The notes under the pieces: model-generated
What the model was told of the DNA's origin: nothing
The model's input: the letters and a program-made list of their open reading frames with translations, nothing else
The model's database searches: none
Shown here: one piece after another, positions 27,487 through 38,281 of the stretch
How positions within the stretch are numbered: position 1 is the stretch's first letter
How the letters are laid out: each line of letters starts with the position of its first letter
Assembly (NCBI GenBank): GCA_965223865.1
Contig: OZ245020.1
Span: 992,001 to 1,056,000 of the forward strand
DNA from: Nitrosarchaeum sp.
GTDB lineage: Archaea > Thermoproteota > Nitrososphaeria > Nitrososphaerales > Nitrosopumilaceae
Length of the DNA: 64,000 nt
Reading direction: 5' to 3'
Position numbers and translations under genes: made by a program

Positions 27487-27552
27487 CTATTTTGCCACCG
27501 TGACAGGGATATTTGTGTGATGAATCACATGATAAGATACACTGCCAAGAAA
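27487..27552 (-). pseudogene. 3' remnant of a USP gene
   Basis: FLGSVSYHVIHHTNIPVTVAK* is a canonical USP C-terminus; an in-frame stop lies two codons upstream. Confidence 0.75.
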
Positions 27553-27642
27553 TACCTAATTGGCACAATAATATTGTACCTAGGTCTGGGAGTAATCTTA
27601 ACTGTCATTAGCATATTTTTTGTAGATGTCTCATTTAGATAG
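27541..27642 (+). pseudogene. 3' remnant of a TIGR00341/DUF389 gene
   Basis: TAKKYLIGTIILYLGLGVILT... matches the C-terminus of 33399-34406 (TAKKYLIGTIVLYICLGIILT). Confidence 0.8.
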
Positions 27643-27713
27643 TTTTATTTTTGTTCATTTCTGAGAATCAAAACTGAAAATCTACGATATGTAAAAATCT
27701 CTTTTATGACTTA

Positions 27714-28223
27714 TTGCGCCCAATGACCAGCGATAATGAAAGCAATAACAACAGAGAAAAAAGGGAAGTAGTACCGTTTTGGCGTTCAGGATTTGATGAT
27801 CTGGATAGGGTCTTCAACAATTTTAAGAGAGATTTTGAGCATGTCTTAGCACCATCATTTGCAATGGCAAAGCCATTCCATCATGCATTAGAGTCCTCAC
27901 CAGCATGTGACCTTGTAGATGAAGGAGACAAGTTTGTAGTTACTGCAGACATGCCAAGGATAAAAAAAGAAGAAATCAACCTCAATGTAGGAGATGATTA
28001 TATTGACATCTCAGCTGAGCACAAGGAATCTGAAGAGGAAAAGAAGAAAAAATACATCAGAAAGGAACACAGTAAAGTATCCATTCACAGAAGAATGTCT
28101 CTTCCAGAACGAGTAAAGTCATCAGATGTCAAGGCCAAACTAAATAATGGAATACTTACAATAGATATTCCAAAAGAAAAACCCACTCCTCAACCAAAGA
28201 CAACTAAAATTAAAATAGAATAA
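27714..28223 (+). CDS. Hsp20/alpha-crystallin small heat-shock protein
   Basis: DLVDEGDKFVVTADMP, LPERV, AKLNNGILTIDIPK. Confidence 0.93.
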   Translation: MRPMTSDNESNNNREKREVVPFWRSGFDDLDRVFNNFKRDFEHVLAPSFAMAKPFHHALESSPACDLVDEGDKFVVTADMPRIKKEEINLNVGDDYIDISAEHKESEEEKKKKYIRKEHSKVSIHRRMSLPERVKSSDVKAKLNNGILTIDIPKEKPTPQPKTTKIKIE

Positions 28224-28365
28224 TTATTACAAAGATATCTAAATCGCCATTTCTTTTTTATTTTCAATACATAAAGTACGAAGTCCTAGAATATGTTATT
28301 TTTACATTCTATCTTTTTATCCATTACATTTGGAGATTCAGGTTAATGTAATCATCAAATTATCA

Positions 28366-29169
28366 TTATTTGATTTCATCCCAATGAGAAATATGTGATG
28401 AGCCAGCACTTTTCTGATATGCTTCAATCAAGTCTACTGCAGTAACAATTCCAACTAAATCCTTATCATGTGTAATGCCTAATCTCTTGGTATTATTTGC
28501 AGCCATAATTCGAGCAGCACCTTTTGCATGGATATTATCTTCAGATTTGATTAAAGGCCATGAAGAATATGATTCTATCTCCTCATTCAATGAAGTCTCT
28601 TGTTTTAGACAGTGAAGAACATCTCTTTCAGTAAATATCCCATAATACGCGAAATTTCCAACAATTACACTTCCTATATTTTTTTCAAGCATTATTTTGA
28701 CTGCTTCTTTTATTTTTGTCTTTGAGTTACATGTCATCAAGTCTTTGCTCACAAATGGTTTTATCGGAGGATCATCGTCAGTTTTCTGAAAAGCTCGCAA
28801 CATATCAGTGGCAGTGATTATTCCAACCAATTTTTTGGCTTCTGCAAAGACTAAAATCCGAGATTTTTTTGATGTCATAATTTTTGTAGCATCAAGCACG
28901 GAAATTCCCGGATCAATGACGTCGTACGGTTGTTTTCCTATATGCTTGATTGGTGTTTCAGGATCTGCATCCTTTGACACTATATGTTTTAGAACTTCTC
29001 TTTCTGTAAAAACTCCAATCGGTTTTTCTCTTTCTGTTACTATGAGATTACCAAATCCTCTTTCGGACATAAAGTCAACTACAGTTTTGAAAGAAACGCT
29101 TGATTTTACCGTAATAGGATATGCAGTCATAAATTGAGAAACTGGTAGGTCCTCTATTTTTAAAAACAT
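28366..29169 (-). CDS. Protein with four CBS domains
   Basis: Repeated GVFTERE / GIITATD / GIFTERD / GIVTAVD. Confidence 0.9.
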   Translation of the reverse strand: MFLKIEDLPVSQFMTAYPITVKSSVSFKTVVDFMSERGFGNLIVTEREKPIGVFTEREVLKHIVSKDADPETPIKHIGKQPYDVIDPGISVLDATKIMTSKKSRILVFAEAKKLVGIITATDMLRAFQKTDDDPPIKPFVSKDLMTCNSKTKIKEAVKIMLEKNIGSVIVGNFAYYGIFTERDVLHCLKQETSLNEEIESYSSWPLIKSEDNIHAKGAARIMAANNTKRLGITHDKDLVGIVTAVDLIEAYQKSAGSSHISHWDEIK

Positions 29170-29286
29170 GAATTAAAAAACATAACAAAATATTTCATTC
29201 AAGTATTCAAGAATCAAATCTGAGAATCAGTTTGGAGAATTACATTGTTTTGTAATTAAGGAGAGAGACAAAATTATTGTGATATA

Positions 29287-30621
29287 ATGATAGTAAGATC
29301 CTTTGAGTATACTATTCCTCAAATCACATATCTAGTCAAGAAAAAACTATGGGCTCAGGTTCTTGTTGGTTTATTCTTTGGTTTGATTTTAGGAATAGTT
29401 CTTGGTCCAGAAGCAAATTTAGTTCCTAGAGAATCGGTTCAGGTGCTCACAGAGTGGTTATCAATACCTGCCAATCTATTTCTTAAAATAATACAAATGA
29501 TTATTGTTCCTCTTATCTTTGCATCAATAATCCGTGGACTCACATCTACAGGAAATATGGAGCAGCTAAGATCAATTGGTATTGGAACTACCATGTATTT
29601 TATAATCACCACCATAATTGCCATGGCAATTGGGATTCTAGTTGCAACTGCAATCATGCCAGGAAATTTTATTGACAGTTCTCTGATATTCGAAAGTTTT
29701 GGAATTGAAGAGACTGAAAATATGGTAGAACAAACTGAGTTTGGTCTAAGCGATATCCCCCAAGGTATTGTTGGTTTTATTCCTAGCAACCCCTTAGAAT
29801 CAATGCTTTCAGGTGAGATGTTAAGCATAATCGTTTTTGCCCTATTTGTAGGAGTGGCATTGATATCATTACCAAAGAAAAGCTCTGAGCCAATACTTGA
29901 CTTGTTGGATGGTGTTCAGAAAATCACTATGAAAGTTGTTTCATGGGCAATGCGTTTGGCCCCCTTTGCGGCTTTTGGATTAATGGCAGACATTACATCA
30001 AAACTTGGCGTATCTGCACTTGTGGGACTCGGAGTCTACATGGTGACTGTGGTAATTGGACTCTTTGCAGTATTGGTTGTCTATATAATCATAATCAAGT
30101 TTTTTACCAAAAGGCCTCTTGCCTCGACGTTGGGAATGCTCAAGGATCCTATGCTTCTTGGTTTTTCAACATCAAGCTCTGCTGCAGTAATGCCAGTATC
30201 CATCAAAACGGCTGAGGAGAAATTAAAAGTAAAACCCGAAGTTTCCCAGTTTGTAATTCCTTTGGGGGCAACAATCAATATGAATGGAACTGCCTTGTAT
30301 CAAATAGTTGCAGTGTTTTTCCTGGCACAGCTTTTCAATATTGACCTTGGAATAACCACCATACTTTTGATTGCATTGACTGCCCTTGCTGCATCAATAG
30401 GAGCACCTTCTGCCCCGGGAACTGGAATTGTGATACTTTCATCCATACTTGTTACTGCAGGAGTTCCAGCAGTTGGCATTGTTCTTATTCTTGGAGTAGA
30501 TAGAATTTTAGATATGACCAGAACTATGATCAATGTTACTGGCGATCTTACGGCTTGCCTCTTCTTTGATAAAAGGACAAAAGTAGAGAATGCTACATCT
30601 AAGGATCAGAAACATCAGTAA
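29287..30621 (+). CDS. Dicarboxylate/amino acid:cation symporter (DAACS, GltP/GltPh-like)
   Basis: FSTSSSAA, PLGATINMNGT, DRILDMTRTMINVTGD. Confidence 0.93.
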   Translation: MIVRSFEYTIPQITYLVKKKLWAQVLVGLFFGLILGIVLGPEANLVPRESVQVLTEWLSIPANLFLKIIQMIIVPLIFASIIRGLTSTGNMEQLRSIGIGTTMYFIITTIIAMAIGILVATAIMPGNFIDSSLIFESFGIEETENMVEQTEFGLSDIPQGIVGFIPSNPLESMLSGEMLSIIVFALFVGVALISLPKKSSEPILDLLDGVQKITMKVVSWAMRLAPFAAFGLMADITSKLGVSALVGLGVYMVTVVIGLFAVLVVYIIIIKFFTKRPLASTLGMLKDPMLLGFSTSSSAAVMPVSIKTAEEKLKVKPEVSQFVIPLGATINMNGTALYQIVAVFFLAQLFNIDLGITTILLIALTALAASIGAPSAPGTGIVILSSILVTAGVPAVGIVLILGVDRILDMTRTMINVTGDLTACLFFDKRTKVENATSKDQKHQ

Positions 30622-30693
30622 ACATCGTATCCTACAAGCAATAATTTGAAAATTTAAACAATAATTTTTTGATAAATTAAATTCAAGGGGTTC

Positions 30694-31494
30694 TTATTCT
30701 TTTAGCTTACTCTCTTTGAATATGTCGGAGCCATACCAACAGTATCTGAAATAGTCAAGGCACCACTCATGAAACATTTGATCATCTCCATGGAGCATTT
30801 CAGTAATGTCTGCTTCTCCATTAGTTGTAGGAAACATTATACATGCTTCTTTTTCATTGATTACCAAGACCGTTTGAATACTTTTGACCATTTTTCTTTC
30901 AACTAATCCTTTTTCAATTAGTTTGTCAAACCCAAGTTTTTTCAACAATGCTTTTCTACCTTTTGGCACCACGATATTCTCTGCAAAAATATACTGAAAC
31001 CTAATTCCTTTTTTAACGCGCTTAATCAAAGGCTCAATCAAGTCCAATGGAACCTCTGATAATATTTCGTAGATATACTCATCAGCATTTCTGTAAATTG
31101 TCTTCCACTGTTCAAGGATTTTAGATACTCCCTTGATGTGTTTTCCAGAGGCAAGCTGTCCTGCTCGCATAATAAACTTGGTTGGAAGATCTCCAAACGT
31201 ATGATCTTCAAAGTAGGTTCTATTCTGAGATAAAAACACAAGTGAAGGAACTTGAGTACACATTGTTTTTCCAAAGGTAGTTAATGCATATTTTCCATCC
31301 TTGTCTTTTTCAATCATTCCACTTTCCTCTAAACGAATAAAATTTCTGTGAACTTCTTGTTTTGTGACCCCGATCTCTCTTGCAAGAAATGTTGCTGTAG
31401 TTCTTTTCTGCAATAATTTGAATAAAATCTCTAATCTTTGAGAGCTTGTAAGCTCCAAAAAGTTTTCAGATGCTTTATCGTACAAGTCACTCAT
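30694..31494 (-). CDS. ArsR-like HTH transcription regulator (archaeal DUF1724-type)
   Basis: RLEILF...LAREIGVTKQEVHRNF.RL; C-terminal FHEWCLDYFRYCW. Confidence 0.82.
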   Translation of the reverse strand: MSDLYDKASENFLELTSSQRLEILFKLLQKRTTATFLAREIGVTKQEVHRNFIRLEESGMIEKDKDGKYALTTFGKTMCTQVPSLVFLSQNRTYFEDHTFGDLPTKFIMRAGQLASGKHIKGVSKILEQWKTIYRNADEYIYEILSEVPLDLIEPLIKRVKKGIRFQYIFAENIVVPKGRKALLKKLGFDKLIEKGLVERKMVKSIQTVLVINEKEACIMFPTTNGEADITEMLHGDDQMFHEWCLDYFRYCWYGSDIFKESKLKE

Positions 31495-31536
31495 GTCTAC
31501 AACAGCTCATTTTAACAAGTACTATTGAAATAATTT

Positions 31537-32526
31537 TCACTCCATAACATGAATCAAATCTCTTAATTTTCTTCTAGACTTTGGTGGTTTTTTTGCTGCA
31601 GGATATCCTATACATAATATTGATGATGGTTTCAAATCTGTTCCTAAAATCTTCTTTACTTTTTCTTCATCTATCATTCCAATCCAAATTGAGCTCAGTC
31701 CCAAAGCATGTGCCGCAAGCTGAGCATATGCTGCTGCAAGTGTTGTGTCTTGTATTGAAAATTTTGAAAGTTTCTCAGGTGGAAAATCAAGTTTTACTCT
31801 GCCCGGATTCATACAAAATACAAGCACAAGAGGTGCATTCACGAATGGTTGTTTGTTTGCTGCCTCAACAAGTGCCTCTTTTGCTTCCTTGTTTTTTACG
31901 TAAAAGACCTCTAATCCTTGAAAGTTTCCAGCAGTAGGTGCAGTGTCAGCTGCAGCTAGAATCTTCTCAATCTTCCAGTTTTCGATCTTTGTTTTTGCAA
32001 ATCTCCTAGTTGAGCGTCTAGTAGATAATATTCGAAACAGATTTGCCTCAGATAATTCCTCATCCACTTTTTTTGGATTTCCAGAAAGAATTGCTTGAAG
32101 GAGAGATTCTTTTGCAGGCTCTTTATTTTTATCATCGACTTGCTTTGCTGTCTTTTCTTTTTGAATCCAGACAGAAGGATAGAATTCTTTTGGATACACC
32201 TGAACATATAGTGGCTCATGAGGAACCTTGACGTATTCTAGCACTTTTTTTCTAAAATCATTTGTTTCAGCTTCTAACTGATCTCGTTCTTTTAATCTAA
32301 ACTGTACAGTATCTGAATTTATTAAAATTTCACTGAAATTATCTTCTAGCTCGACTTTTCCTACATTGTTATTTTTTAAAATTTCAACTAACTGTGCCAA
32401 TTCATCTTTATTCAAGATTACTGTATCAGTATCATCTTCATCTGATCCTGTCCATACTAACCTACATCCTTCTTTTGAGAAATAAGATGGTTCTATCTTT
32501 GTAAATTCGCTCAATGTTTTTTTCAA
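31537..32526 (-). CDS. Nitroreductase-family protein with N-terminal extension
   Basis: RRSTRRF, APTAGNFQ, LGLSSIWIG, LCIGYP. Confidence 0.87.
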   Translation of the reverse strand: MKKTLSEFTKIEPSYFSKEGCRLVWTGSDEDDTDTVILNKDELAQLVEILKNNNVGKVELEDNFSEILINSDTVQFRLKERDQLEAETNDFRKKVLEYVKVPHEPLYVQVYPKEFYPSVWIQKEKTAKQVDDKNKEPAKESLLQAILSGNPKKVDEELSEANLFRILSTRRSTRRFAKTKIENWKIEKILAAADTAPTAGNFQGLEVFYVKNKEAKEALVEAANKQPFVNAPLVLVFCMNPGRVKLDFPPEKLSKFSIQDTTLAAAYAQLAAHALGLSSIWIGMIDEEKVKKILGTDLKPSSILCIGYPAAKKPPKSRRKLRDLIHVME

Positions 32527-32562
32527 GTCATCACCATATAAAAAAGAAGAAAGGTTAAGGAT

Positions 32563-32700
32563 TTAAAATCCAGTAACCAAGTATGCTCCAAACCCCATTC
32601 CCATTATTGCACCTAATCCCATGCAGATTAGATCAAATTTTATGACCTTTTTGAATGGGGCGTGGACCATTTTATCCCATGTGTTGTTTTGTGTTTTCAT
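32563..32700 (-). CDS. 45-aa single-TM small protein
   Basis: MKTQNNTWDKMVHAPFKKVIKFDLICMGLGAIMGMGFGAYLVTGF*; Gly-rich TM helix; T-rich tract downstream. Confidence 0.65.
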   Translation of the reverse strand: MKTQNNTWDKMVHAPFKKVIKFDLICMGLGAIMGMGFGAYLVTGF

Positions 32701-32818
32701 GTATGTAATTGGTTATGGTAGTTCATCAAGTAGGGTAAAACTAGGATTGGACTGGTAAGCTTGATAGTTGACTACTAGCAGATTTTTCAAAACCATTTGT
32801 ATTTCTTCTTTATTCTGG

Positions 32819-33253
32819 TTAGAGAATCATAATTGGGCATCGTGCATTTCTAAATACATTTTCAATTGTGCTGTGATAATGCAATTTTTCATAAGGTGAA
32901 GTAAGTTTTGTTTTTGTCATTATTATAAGGTCAACCTCGTGTTTTTTCGCGAATTCTAATATTCTCATTGAAGGCAATCCATTTTTTAGAATTTTTGTAC
33001 TAATTGTAATATCGTATTTCTTGACAAATTTTTCTAATTCATGATGCTGTTTTTCAACTAGTTTTCGTTCTTTTTCAAATTCTTGTTTGCTTGTCTTTGT
33101 CTTAAAGAACCCAAATGTATGTCGTTCTTCCAAGCAAGTAATAACGGTAATTTTTGCATAAGATATTTGTGCCAAGGCTACTGCTTTTTTGAATGCTTTT
33201 TGACTTCCAGTCGTTCCATTATATGGTACAAGAATGTGTTTTATTGGATTCAT
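32819..33253 (-). CDS. Universal stress protein (paralog of 1025-1468)
   Basis: HILVPYNG, DLIIM, CPIMIL. Confidence 0.9.
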   Translation of the reverse strand: MNPIKHILVPYNGTTGSQKAFKKAVALAQISYAKITVITCLEERHTFGFFKTKTSKQEFEKERKLVEKQHHELEKFVKKYDITISTKILKNGLPSMRILEFAKKHEVDLIIMTKTKLTSPYEKLHYHSTIENVFRNARCPIMIL

Positions 33254-33398
33254 ATTCTTCTTTTTTGCGTATCAGTAAAAAGGATGTGCTTATTTTTTGG
33301 TGTTTTCGTTCTAGGTCTAAACTAATTTCAATTTTTTTCATGAAAGTATTTTGAAAATACTAATCAATTTAATAACTAACTAAAAAAATCTAGAATAA

Positions 33399-34406
33399 TT
33401 GGAAAAGATTGAAGTAACCTCTTATTTGGATAAATGTCAGTTCATTGAAAAATTTCTTTCAAAAAAAGATTTGCCCTACCAGAAAATAGAAGGCAAAACA
33501 TTTGAAGATGTTGAATTGCTTCGCTACATAATTACTGTCCCTGATGACTTGGCACCTAATATTATTGAGAGCCTCTCAAAAATAGTCAACACAAAGCAGA
33601 GAGACATTTTCATAACAACAAGCAAAATTGATGCAACTGTATCTGAATATCTACATGATCTTATTGAAAAAATAAAGAAACCCAAAAAGATGCCCCAGGT
33701 TGTAGAGGAGCTAATTCCCCAAACAGAGCCCTTTGTTCACTTTAAAAAAGACCTCTTTATCATGATAATAATTTCCTCTGTAATAGCGATGACTGGTCTG
33801 TACATGAACAGTCCTGCAGTAGTAATAGGTGCGATGCTTATTTCTCCCCTGATTGGTCCCCTTACAGCTTTTTCTTTTAATGCTGCAATAGGGAGGCCCA
33901 AAAAAATGTTTGATGCATTTGTTTCAGGATTGATTTTGATTGTAACCGTGATTGCTGTAAGTTCGGTAGTGTCTTTAGCTGCGATGCAATTTATCGATCT
34001 TCCAATCACAAACGAAATTGAGATCAGAACATCCTCCTCTCCAGTTGATGTAATAATTGGACTATTGTTGGGTGTCGCAGCTGGAATTGCCATGATCTCA
34101 ACCATTCCAGGCATCTTGGTGGGTGTAGCTATTGCAGCTGCTTTAGTTCCTCCAGCTACAGTTGTAGGAATTGGCATTGCTTTTTTCGATATTGATATTT
34201 TTAATGGTGCCTTATTACTAACGTCATCAAATGTTGTTGGCTTGATTTTAGGTTGTATGATTGTCTTCTTTTTTAGAGGAATTACTCCAAGACGATATCA
34301 TGATAGAAAAACTGCCAAAAAATATTTGATTGGCACAATAGTGTTATACATTTGCTTGGGAATAATTTTGACTTTGTTAAATGGTCTCACTCTGTTAAAT
34401 CCTTAG
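33399..34406 (+). CDS. TIGR00341/DUF389 membrane protein
   Basis: NSPAVVIGAMLISPLIGP, GVAIAAALVPP. Confidence 0.9.
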   Translation: MEKIEVTSYLDKCQFIEKFLSKKDLPYQKIEGKTFEDVELLRYIITVPDDLAPNIIESLSKIVNTKQRDIFITTSKIDATVSEYLHDLIEKIKKPKKMPQVVEELIPQTEPFVHFKKDLFIMIIISSVIAMTGLYMNSPAVVIGAMLISPLIGPLTAFSFNAAIGRPKKMFDAFVSGLILIVTVIAVSSVVSLAAMQFIDLPITNEIEIRTSSSPVDVIIGLLLGVAAGIAMISTIPGILVGVAIAAALVPPATVVGIGIAFFDIDIFNGALLLTSSNVVGLILGCMIVFFFRGITPRRYHDRKTAKKYLIGTIVLYICLGIILTLLNGLTLLNP

Positions 34407-34497
34407 GCGTTGAACCTTTAGAGATTCATCTAGTTTTAACCAAAAATCAGTTTTGCCCGTTTTATGATGAATGATTTGAGTATACAAAAATAAATGA

Positions 34498-34514
34498 TTA
34501 GAAGAACTTATGAA
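34498..34514 (+). promoter_or_regulatory. Conserved BRE/TATA-like motif, copy 1
   Basis: TTAGAAGAACTTATGAA, 23 nt before TTG 34538. Confidence 0.75.
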
Positions 34515-34537
34515 CTTGCCAAATTCAGTTTGAGCAA

Positions 34538-36346
34538 TTGAAGACCAAGACATTGATTCTGCTTGCAATTCCAATTGTTGTAATTTTTTCTGCCAGTCAA
34601 AGTGCGCATGGATTATGGTTACCACAATCTCCAACGGAACTTCTTGAGAAAAGCCACTTGATCTTTGTTGGAACCATAACCTCTGTAAATTCTTTGGAGT
34701 TTGAACAGTCCAACTCGTACGAAATTGAGGAGGATGGAGTCTCCCAAACTATTGTTGAAAACTACACTCTTGTCCTTGATGAATATACGGTCAGCGTTGA
34801 TGAATTTGTGAAAAATCATCAAGACATAGATACAATTACAGTCAGACAGCCTACAATCAGCATTCCGGGAAGAATTGTACCTCATGGAGGGTTTGACATT
34901 GGTGACAGGGTATTGTTTTACATTGAAAATTTTGACGGTACTAACACCTACTCTAAGGAATCATTCAAAATTCCAGAACATTGTGATGCGGTAGCTGTTG
35001 TTCAGAAACCAAGAATGATTGGGGGTGACCTGAAAATGATGCAGGAAGGTATGGAAAAACAAGATAATTTCACTGCAAAATATCCTGTGATGTTTATTTC
35101 ACAAATGGATTTGGGCACACTGTATGGTGCAAGTCTGGAATATGATGTATACATTAGCAAACAAGTTGACAATATATACAAAGACATAGTTTTTCATGAG
35201 AAAATTACATCATATGCCAAGCCATGTGAATGGTTGTCTGTTGCAAAATGGGAGTTTACACCTGATACAGGCAACTATCTTGTAAATGGGAGAATATACA
35301 AAGAAGATTCCAACTTACCTATTGGCAACCAATTCTTTTCTGTGTTTGCAGAATCTCCGCTAAAGCAGTTCAAGTCAGGAGTTCCAGCTGATAAGATACA
35401 ATGTAATGATGATTTTGTTTTACTCAAAAAATACAACGGCTTCCCTGCATGTGTAAAACAGAACAGCGTCATTGACCTCATAAAACGAAATTGGATGACT
35501 ACTGATCAAATAGATGGTTATGCAATTGATTATGATGGAGATGTAAAACATCTGCCATTTGCTGATATTTGTACTAATGAAATGAGGATAATCTTACTGA
35601 CTCATTCCAACATAAGGTCACCTGAAGAACATTTTGTAATGGAAGATGTGGCTTTACCATCTAGAATGAATCAAGAAGATTTTGAACAATGTGCACGTGA
35701 AACAGATTTTACAAAATCAAGATGGAATATGGTCTCATTGGAAAATCCTGAACCTGAACCATCTAGCTTGAATGAGAAAAATCTCACCGATGCAAGAAAT
35801 AAACTAAGAGAAGTTTATCATGCTAATGCATCTTTTGGTCCATTTACCATCAAAGAGGCTATTGTTGGTTATGGTATGGGTGATGGATTTTTAGTGGTAG
35901 ATATTCTAGAAGATTACTATGATTCAGATGAATACTACCAATTAATAATACAAAAAATAATTGATATAACTGGCGGTAAAGTAGACATTGAGTTTAATTC
36001 ATCAGGCGCAATAGTTCCAACAAACATTGAATCTATATTTCCCCACATATGGAACGGATTTTTACATAGAAATGGAATAGAGTTTACTCCAAAAGATCAA
36101 CCCTATGCAAATAATGACGTTGGATACGATAATGTTCATCGTGTGTGTTCTCCTGTGGTGACATCTAATGGCACTGAACTATACATTTCGTCTGTATTTG
36201 TCTATGAGCCTTTTGAAATCACTGGAACATTTATTGATAAAATAAAACCTGATGACTGTTACAAAGTTTGGAAAACTGACACTGTTCTAGAAGAACCAGA
36301 CAGAATACTCATGTTATGGCTTGAAAATTATCATAAGAGTAATTAG
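34538..36346 (+). CDS. Secreted mosaic protein with SPLKQ..C..C..W module
   Basis: Signal peptide; N-terminal domain shared with 56701; ESPLKQFKSGV...CNDD...PACVK...RNW. Confidence 0.85.
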   Translation: MKTKTLILLAIPIVVIFSASQSAHGLWLPQSPTELLEKSHLIFVGTITSVNSLEFEQSNSYEIEEDGVSQTIVENYTLVLDEYTVSVDEFVKNHQDIDTITVRQPTISIPGRIVPHGGFDIGDRVLFYIENFDGTNTYSKESFKIPEHCDAVAVVQKPRMIGGDLKMMQEGMEKQDNFTAKYPVMFISQMDLGTLYGASLEYDVYISKQVDNIYKDIVFHEKITSYAKPCEWLSVAKWEFTPDTGNYLVNGRIYKEDSNLPIGNQFFSVFAESPLKQFKSGVPADKIQCNDDFVLLKKYNGFPACVKQNSVIDLIKRNWMTTDQIDGYAIDYDGDVKHLPFADICTNEMRIILLTHSNIRSPEEHFVMEDVALPSRMNQEDFEQCARETDFTKSRWNMVSLENPEPEPSSLNEKNLTDARNKLREVYHANASFGPFTIKEAIVGYGMGDGFLVVDILEDYYDSDEYYQLIIQKIIDITGGKVDIEFNSSGAIVPTNIESIFPHIWNGFLHRNGIEFTPKDQPYANNDVGYDNVHRVCSPVVTSNGTELYISSVFVYEPFEITGTFIDKIKPDDCYKVWKTDTVLEEPDRILMLWLENYHKSN

Positions 36347-36349
36347 AAA

Positions 36350-36742
36350 ATGAAAACTAGACTTGTGATAATCGTTGGAATAATTGGAGTTGTCTTGTCA
36401 TTTTTTGTGATAACTGGTTTTCTGGTGTTTGTTATGGGTCCACTTAACCATCAACAAGTTGTTGAATATCAGTCAAATGAATTAGTGCAACAGTTCCTTG
36501 AGACTTATCCTCAAAGTGGGATAACCTCTATGTCTGGAACGTTGTTTGAGAAGGAAATCAGCTTTACATACTCTAAAAATGCAAGATATGTTTCATTGAC
36601 ATTTTCAGATAGTATGGATGGTCAAACAATTTCTTACAAATGTGAGAGAATAATATCCTCACAAGAACCCGTAGAGATATTTCACTTTGAGGAACCCTCT
36701 CCTGAAATCATCAAAAATAACGTATGTGGAGAATATGATTAG
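36350..36742 (+). CDS. Membrane-anchored hypothetical protein (MKTR head)
   Basis: MKTRLVII + TM helix; 3 nt after the previous stop. Confidence 0.8.
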   Translation: MKTRLVIIVGIIGVVLSFFVITGFLVFVMGPLNHQQVVEYQSNELVQQFLETYPQSGITSMSGTLFEKEISFTYSKNARYVSLTFSDSMDGQTISYKCERIISSQEPVEIFHFEEPSPEIIKNNVCGEYD

Positions 36743-36745
36743 AGA

Positions 36746-38281
36746 ATGAAAACCAATCTTTTGGTAATTGCATTACTGTTTGTAGGTGTTTTTAGTTCTG
36801 TGCACTACTATGTTCCTGAGATTGATGATGAAGAATTGTTTGATAAGACGTCTCTGATTTTCCCAACAATGCCTTTTGCATATGCAGGTTGTGCTGCAAC
36901 AATCATACCACAGCCATGTTTTGACTCCTTTATGGGCAGTCATGAACCATTAACTGAAGACATCATCATGAAGGATCTTGCAAGAAACCTCGAAACAAAT
37001 TATGGTGATTGGATTCCTGTTGACAGAAACTGGGATTTTGAAGATGAATCCTTAGACTTGCCTGCAATAATTTGTACTGAATACATAGTTGATGGCTCAA
37101 AACAATACAGGATGGCTCAATGGGTTGATCCTTACAGGATTTCTTCTTGGGAAAATCATTACAATCCCCTCATGTGTGATAGATGGTTGCCTCCTATTGA
37201 TGATGGAATTAAAATCACTTGGGATAAGCAAAGCTATCAGGCAGACAGACAAGGCATTGTAACTGTAATTGACTACTCTATGAATAAGAATCCAAATGAG
37301 GATGAATATTTTGAAATTAAGGTTCATTCGGATGTTGATCATGCTGGTATCTCACTAACGGTAACTGAAACTGAACTTGATTCAGGAATATTTGAAGGCA
37401 TAGTGTTTTTTAGTCCTACTGAGGAATCAAGCGGATCTCTATTGCTAGTTGAAGACGCAGTATATGCAAAACATGCTGGGAATTCTGCCAGATCTAAAAT
37501 AACAATCGTTGAAAATTCCTTTGACGATTCTCAAATTTCATTCTACAATTCTGAGCTTCAACGCTATATCGACGAGTGTGACCCCTTGATCCACAAAGAG
37601 ACACTGCCTGACATTACAATAGAAACTGAAACTGAATGGTATGACTTGCAATACTGTATGTGGAGGCCTCACTATCCTGATGTCTCAAATATTGATAACT
37701 GTGTAGATTTGTTTGATACCCTTTACGCTTTTCATAGTGCACCAAAGCCAAACTGCGGAGTGCAGAGATACAATGAAGACGGCACTCCCAGAGGAATTTG
37801 TGAACCTGAACCATATTTGTCTGGCATGTACAGTGACGAGAATTTGATTAACAGTAACTGTACTGAAAATTATTCAGAATGGGCATACAAAACAGATGCA
37901 AACGATATGGTGTTTTATGTATTTGAAGAGATGGAAAAATATCAAGATTGGCAACTCAAGCGAGTTTTAGATAGATGTGAGGAAAATAATCCAAACAGAT
38001 CCATCAAGTCTTTTGAAAACTATACCCATTACATTGATTCAGGGTTGTGTCAATGGAATCTAAAAGAAATTTCAGAAAAGGTACAGGCTGTTCCTCTTTG
38101 TGTTGATGAAGACACAATACTAAAAGACGGTGTCTGCCAAAAAATTGTAACTGATCCGCAACCTTCTGATTTTAGAGAATCTGGAGGTAGCATAAGCCTG
38201 CTTTATGCTTATTCTGGCTTGGGACTGGTCGGAATTGTTGTTGGATTTTTGGTAATCAAAAAATGGAGAAAGAGAAAATGA
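36746..38281 (+). CDS. Secreted Cys-rich mosaic protein with one S-layer Ig repeat and C-terminal TM anchor
   Basis: WDKQSY...VID.SMN.NP...SD.D..GI.LTVTET...SGIFEG.VFF matches the S-layer repeats; ends TM + KKWRKRK. Confidence 0.85.
   Translation: MKTNLLVIALLFVGVFSSVHYYVPEIDDEELFDKTSLIFPTMPFAYAGCAATIIPQPCFDSFMGSHEPLTEDIIMKDLARNLETNYGDWIPVDRNWDFEDESLDLPAIICTEYIVDGSKQYRMAQWVDPYRISSWENHYNPLMCDRWLPPIDDGIKITWDKQSYQADRQGIVTVIDYSMNKNPNEDEYFEIKVHSDVDHAGISLTVTETELDSGIFEGIVFFSPTEESSGSLLLVEDAVYAKHAGNSARSKITIVENSFDDSQISFYNSELQRYIDECDPLIHKETLPDITIETETEWYDLQYCMWRPHYPDVSNIDNCVDLFDTLYAFHSAPKPNCGVQRYNEDGTPRGICEPEPYLSGMYSDENLINSNCTENYSEWAYKTDANDMVFYVFEEMEKYQDWQLKRVLDRCEENNPNRSIKSFENYTHYIDSGLCQWNLKEISEKVQAVPLCVDEDTILKDGVCQKIVTDPQPSDFRESGGSISLLYAYSGLGLVGIVVGFLVIKKWRKRK

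Noticed and set aside
1505-29230. Possible operator TCTCA-N7-TGAGA (17600, 8221, partial at 1510 and 29210)
   Set aside because: Only two good copies and variable spacing; TGAGAA may just be a BRE variant.
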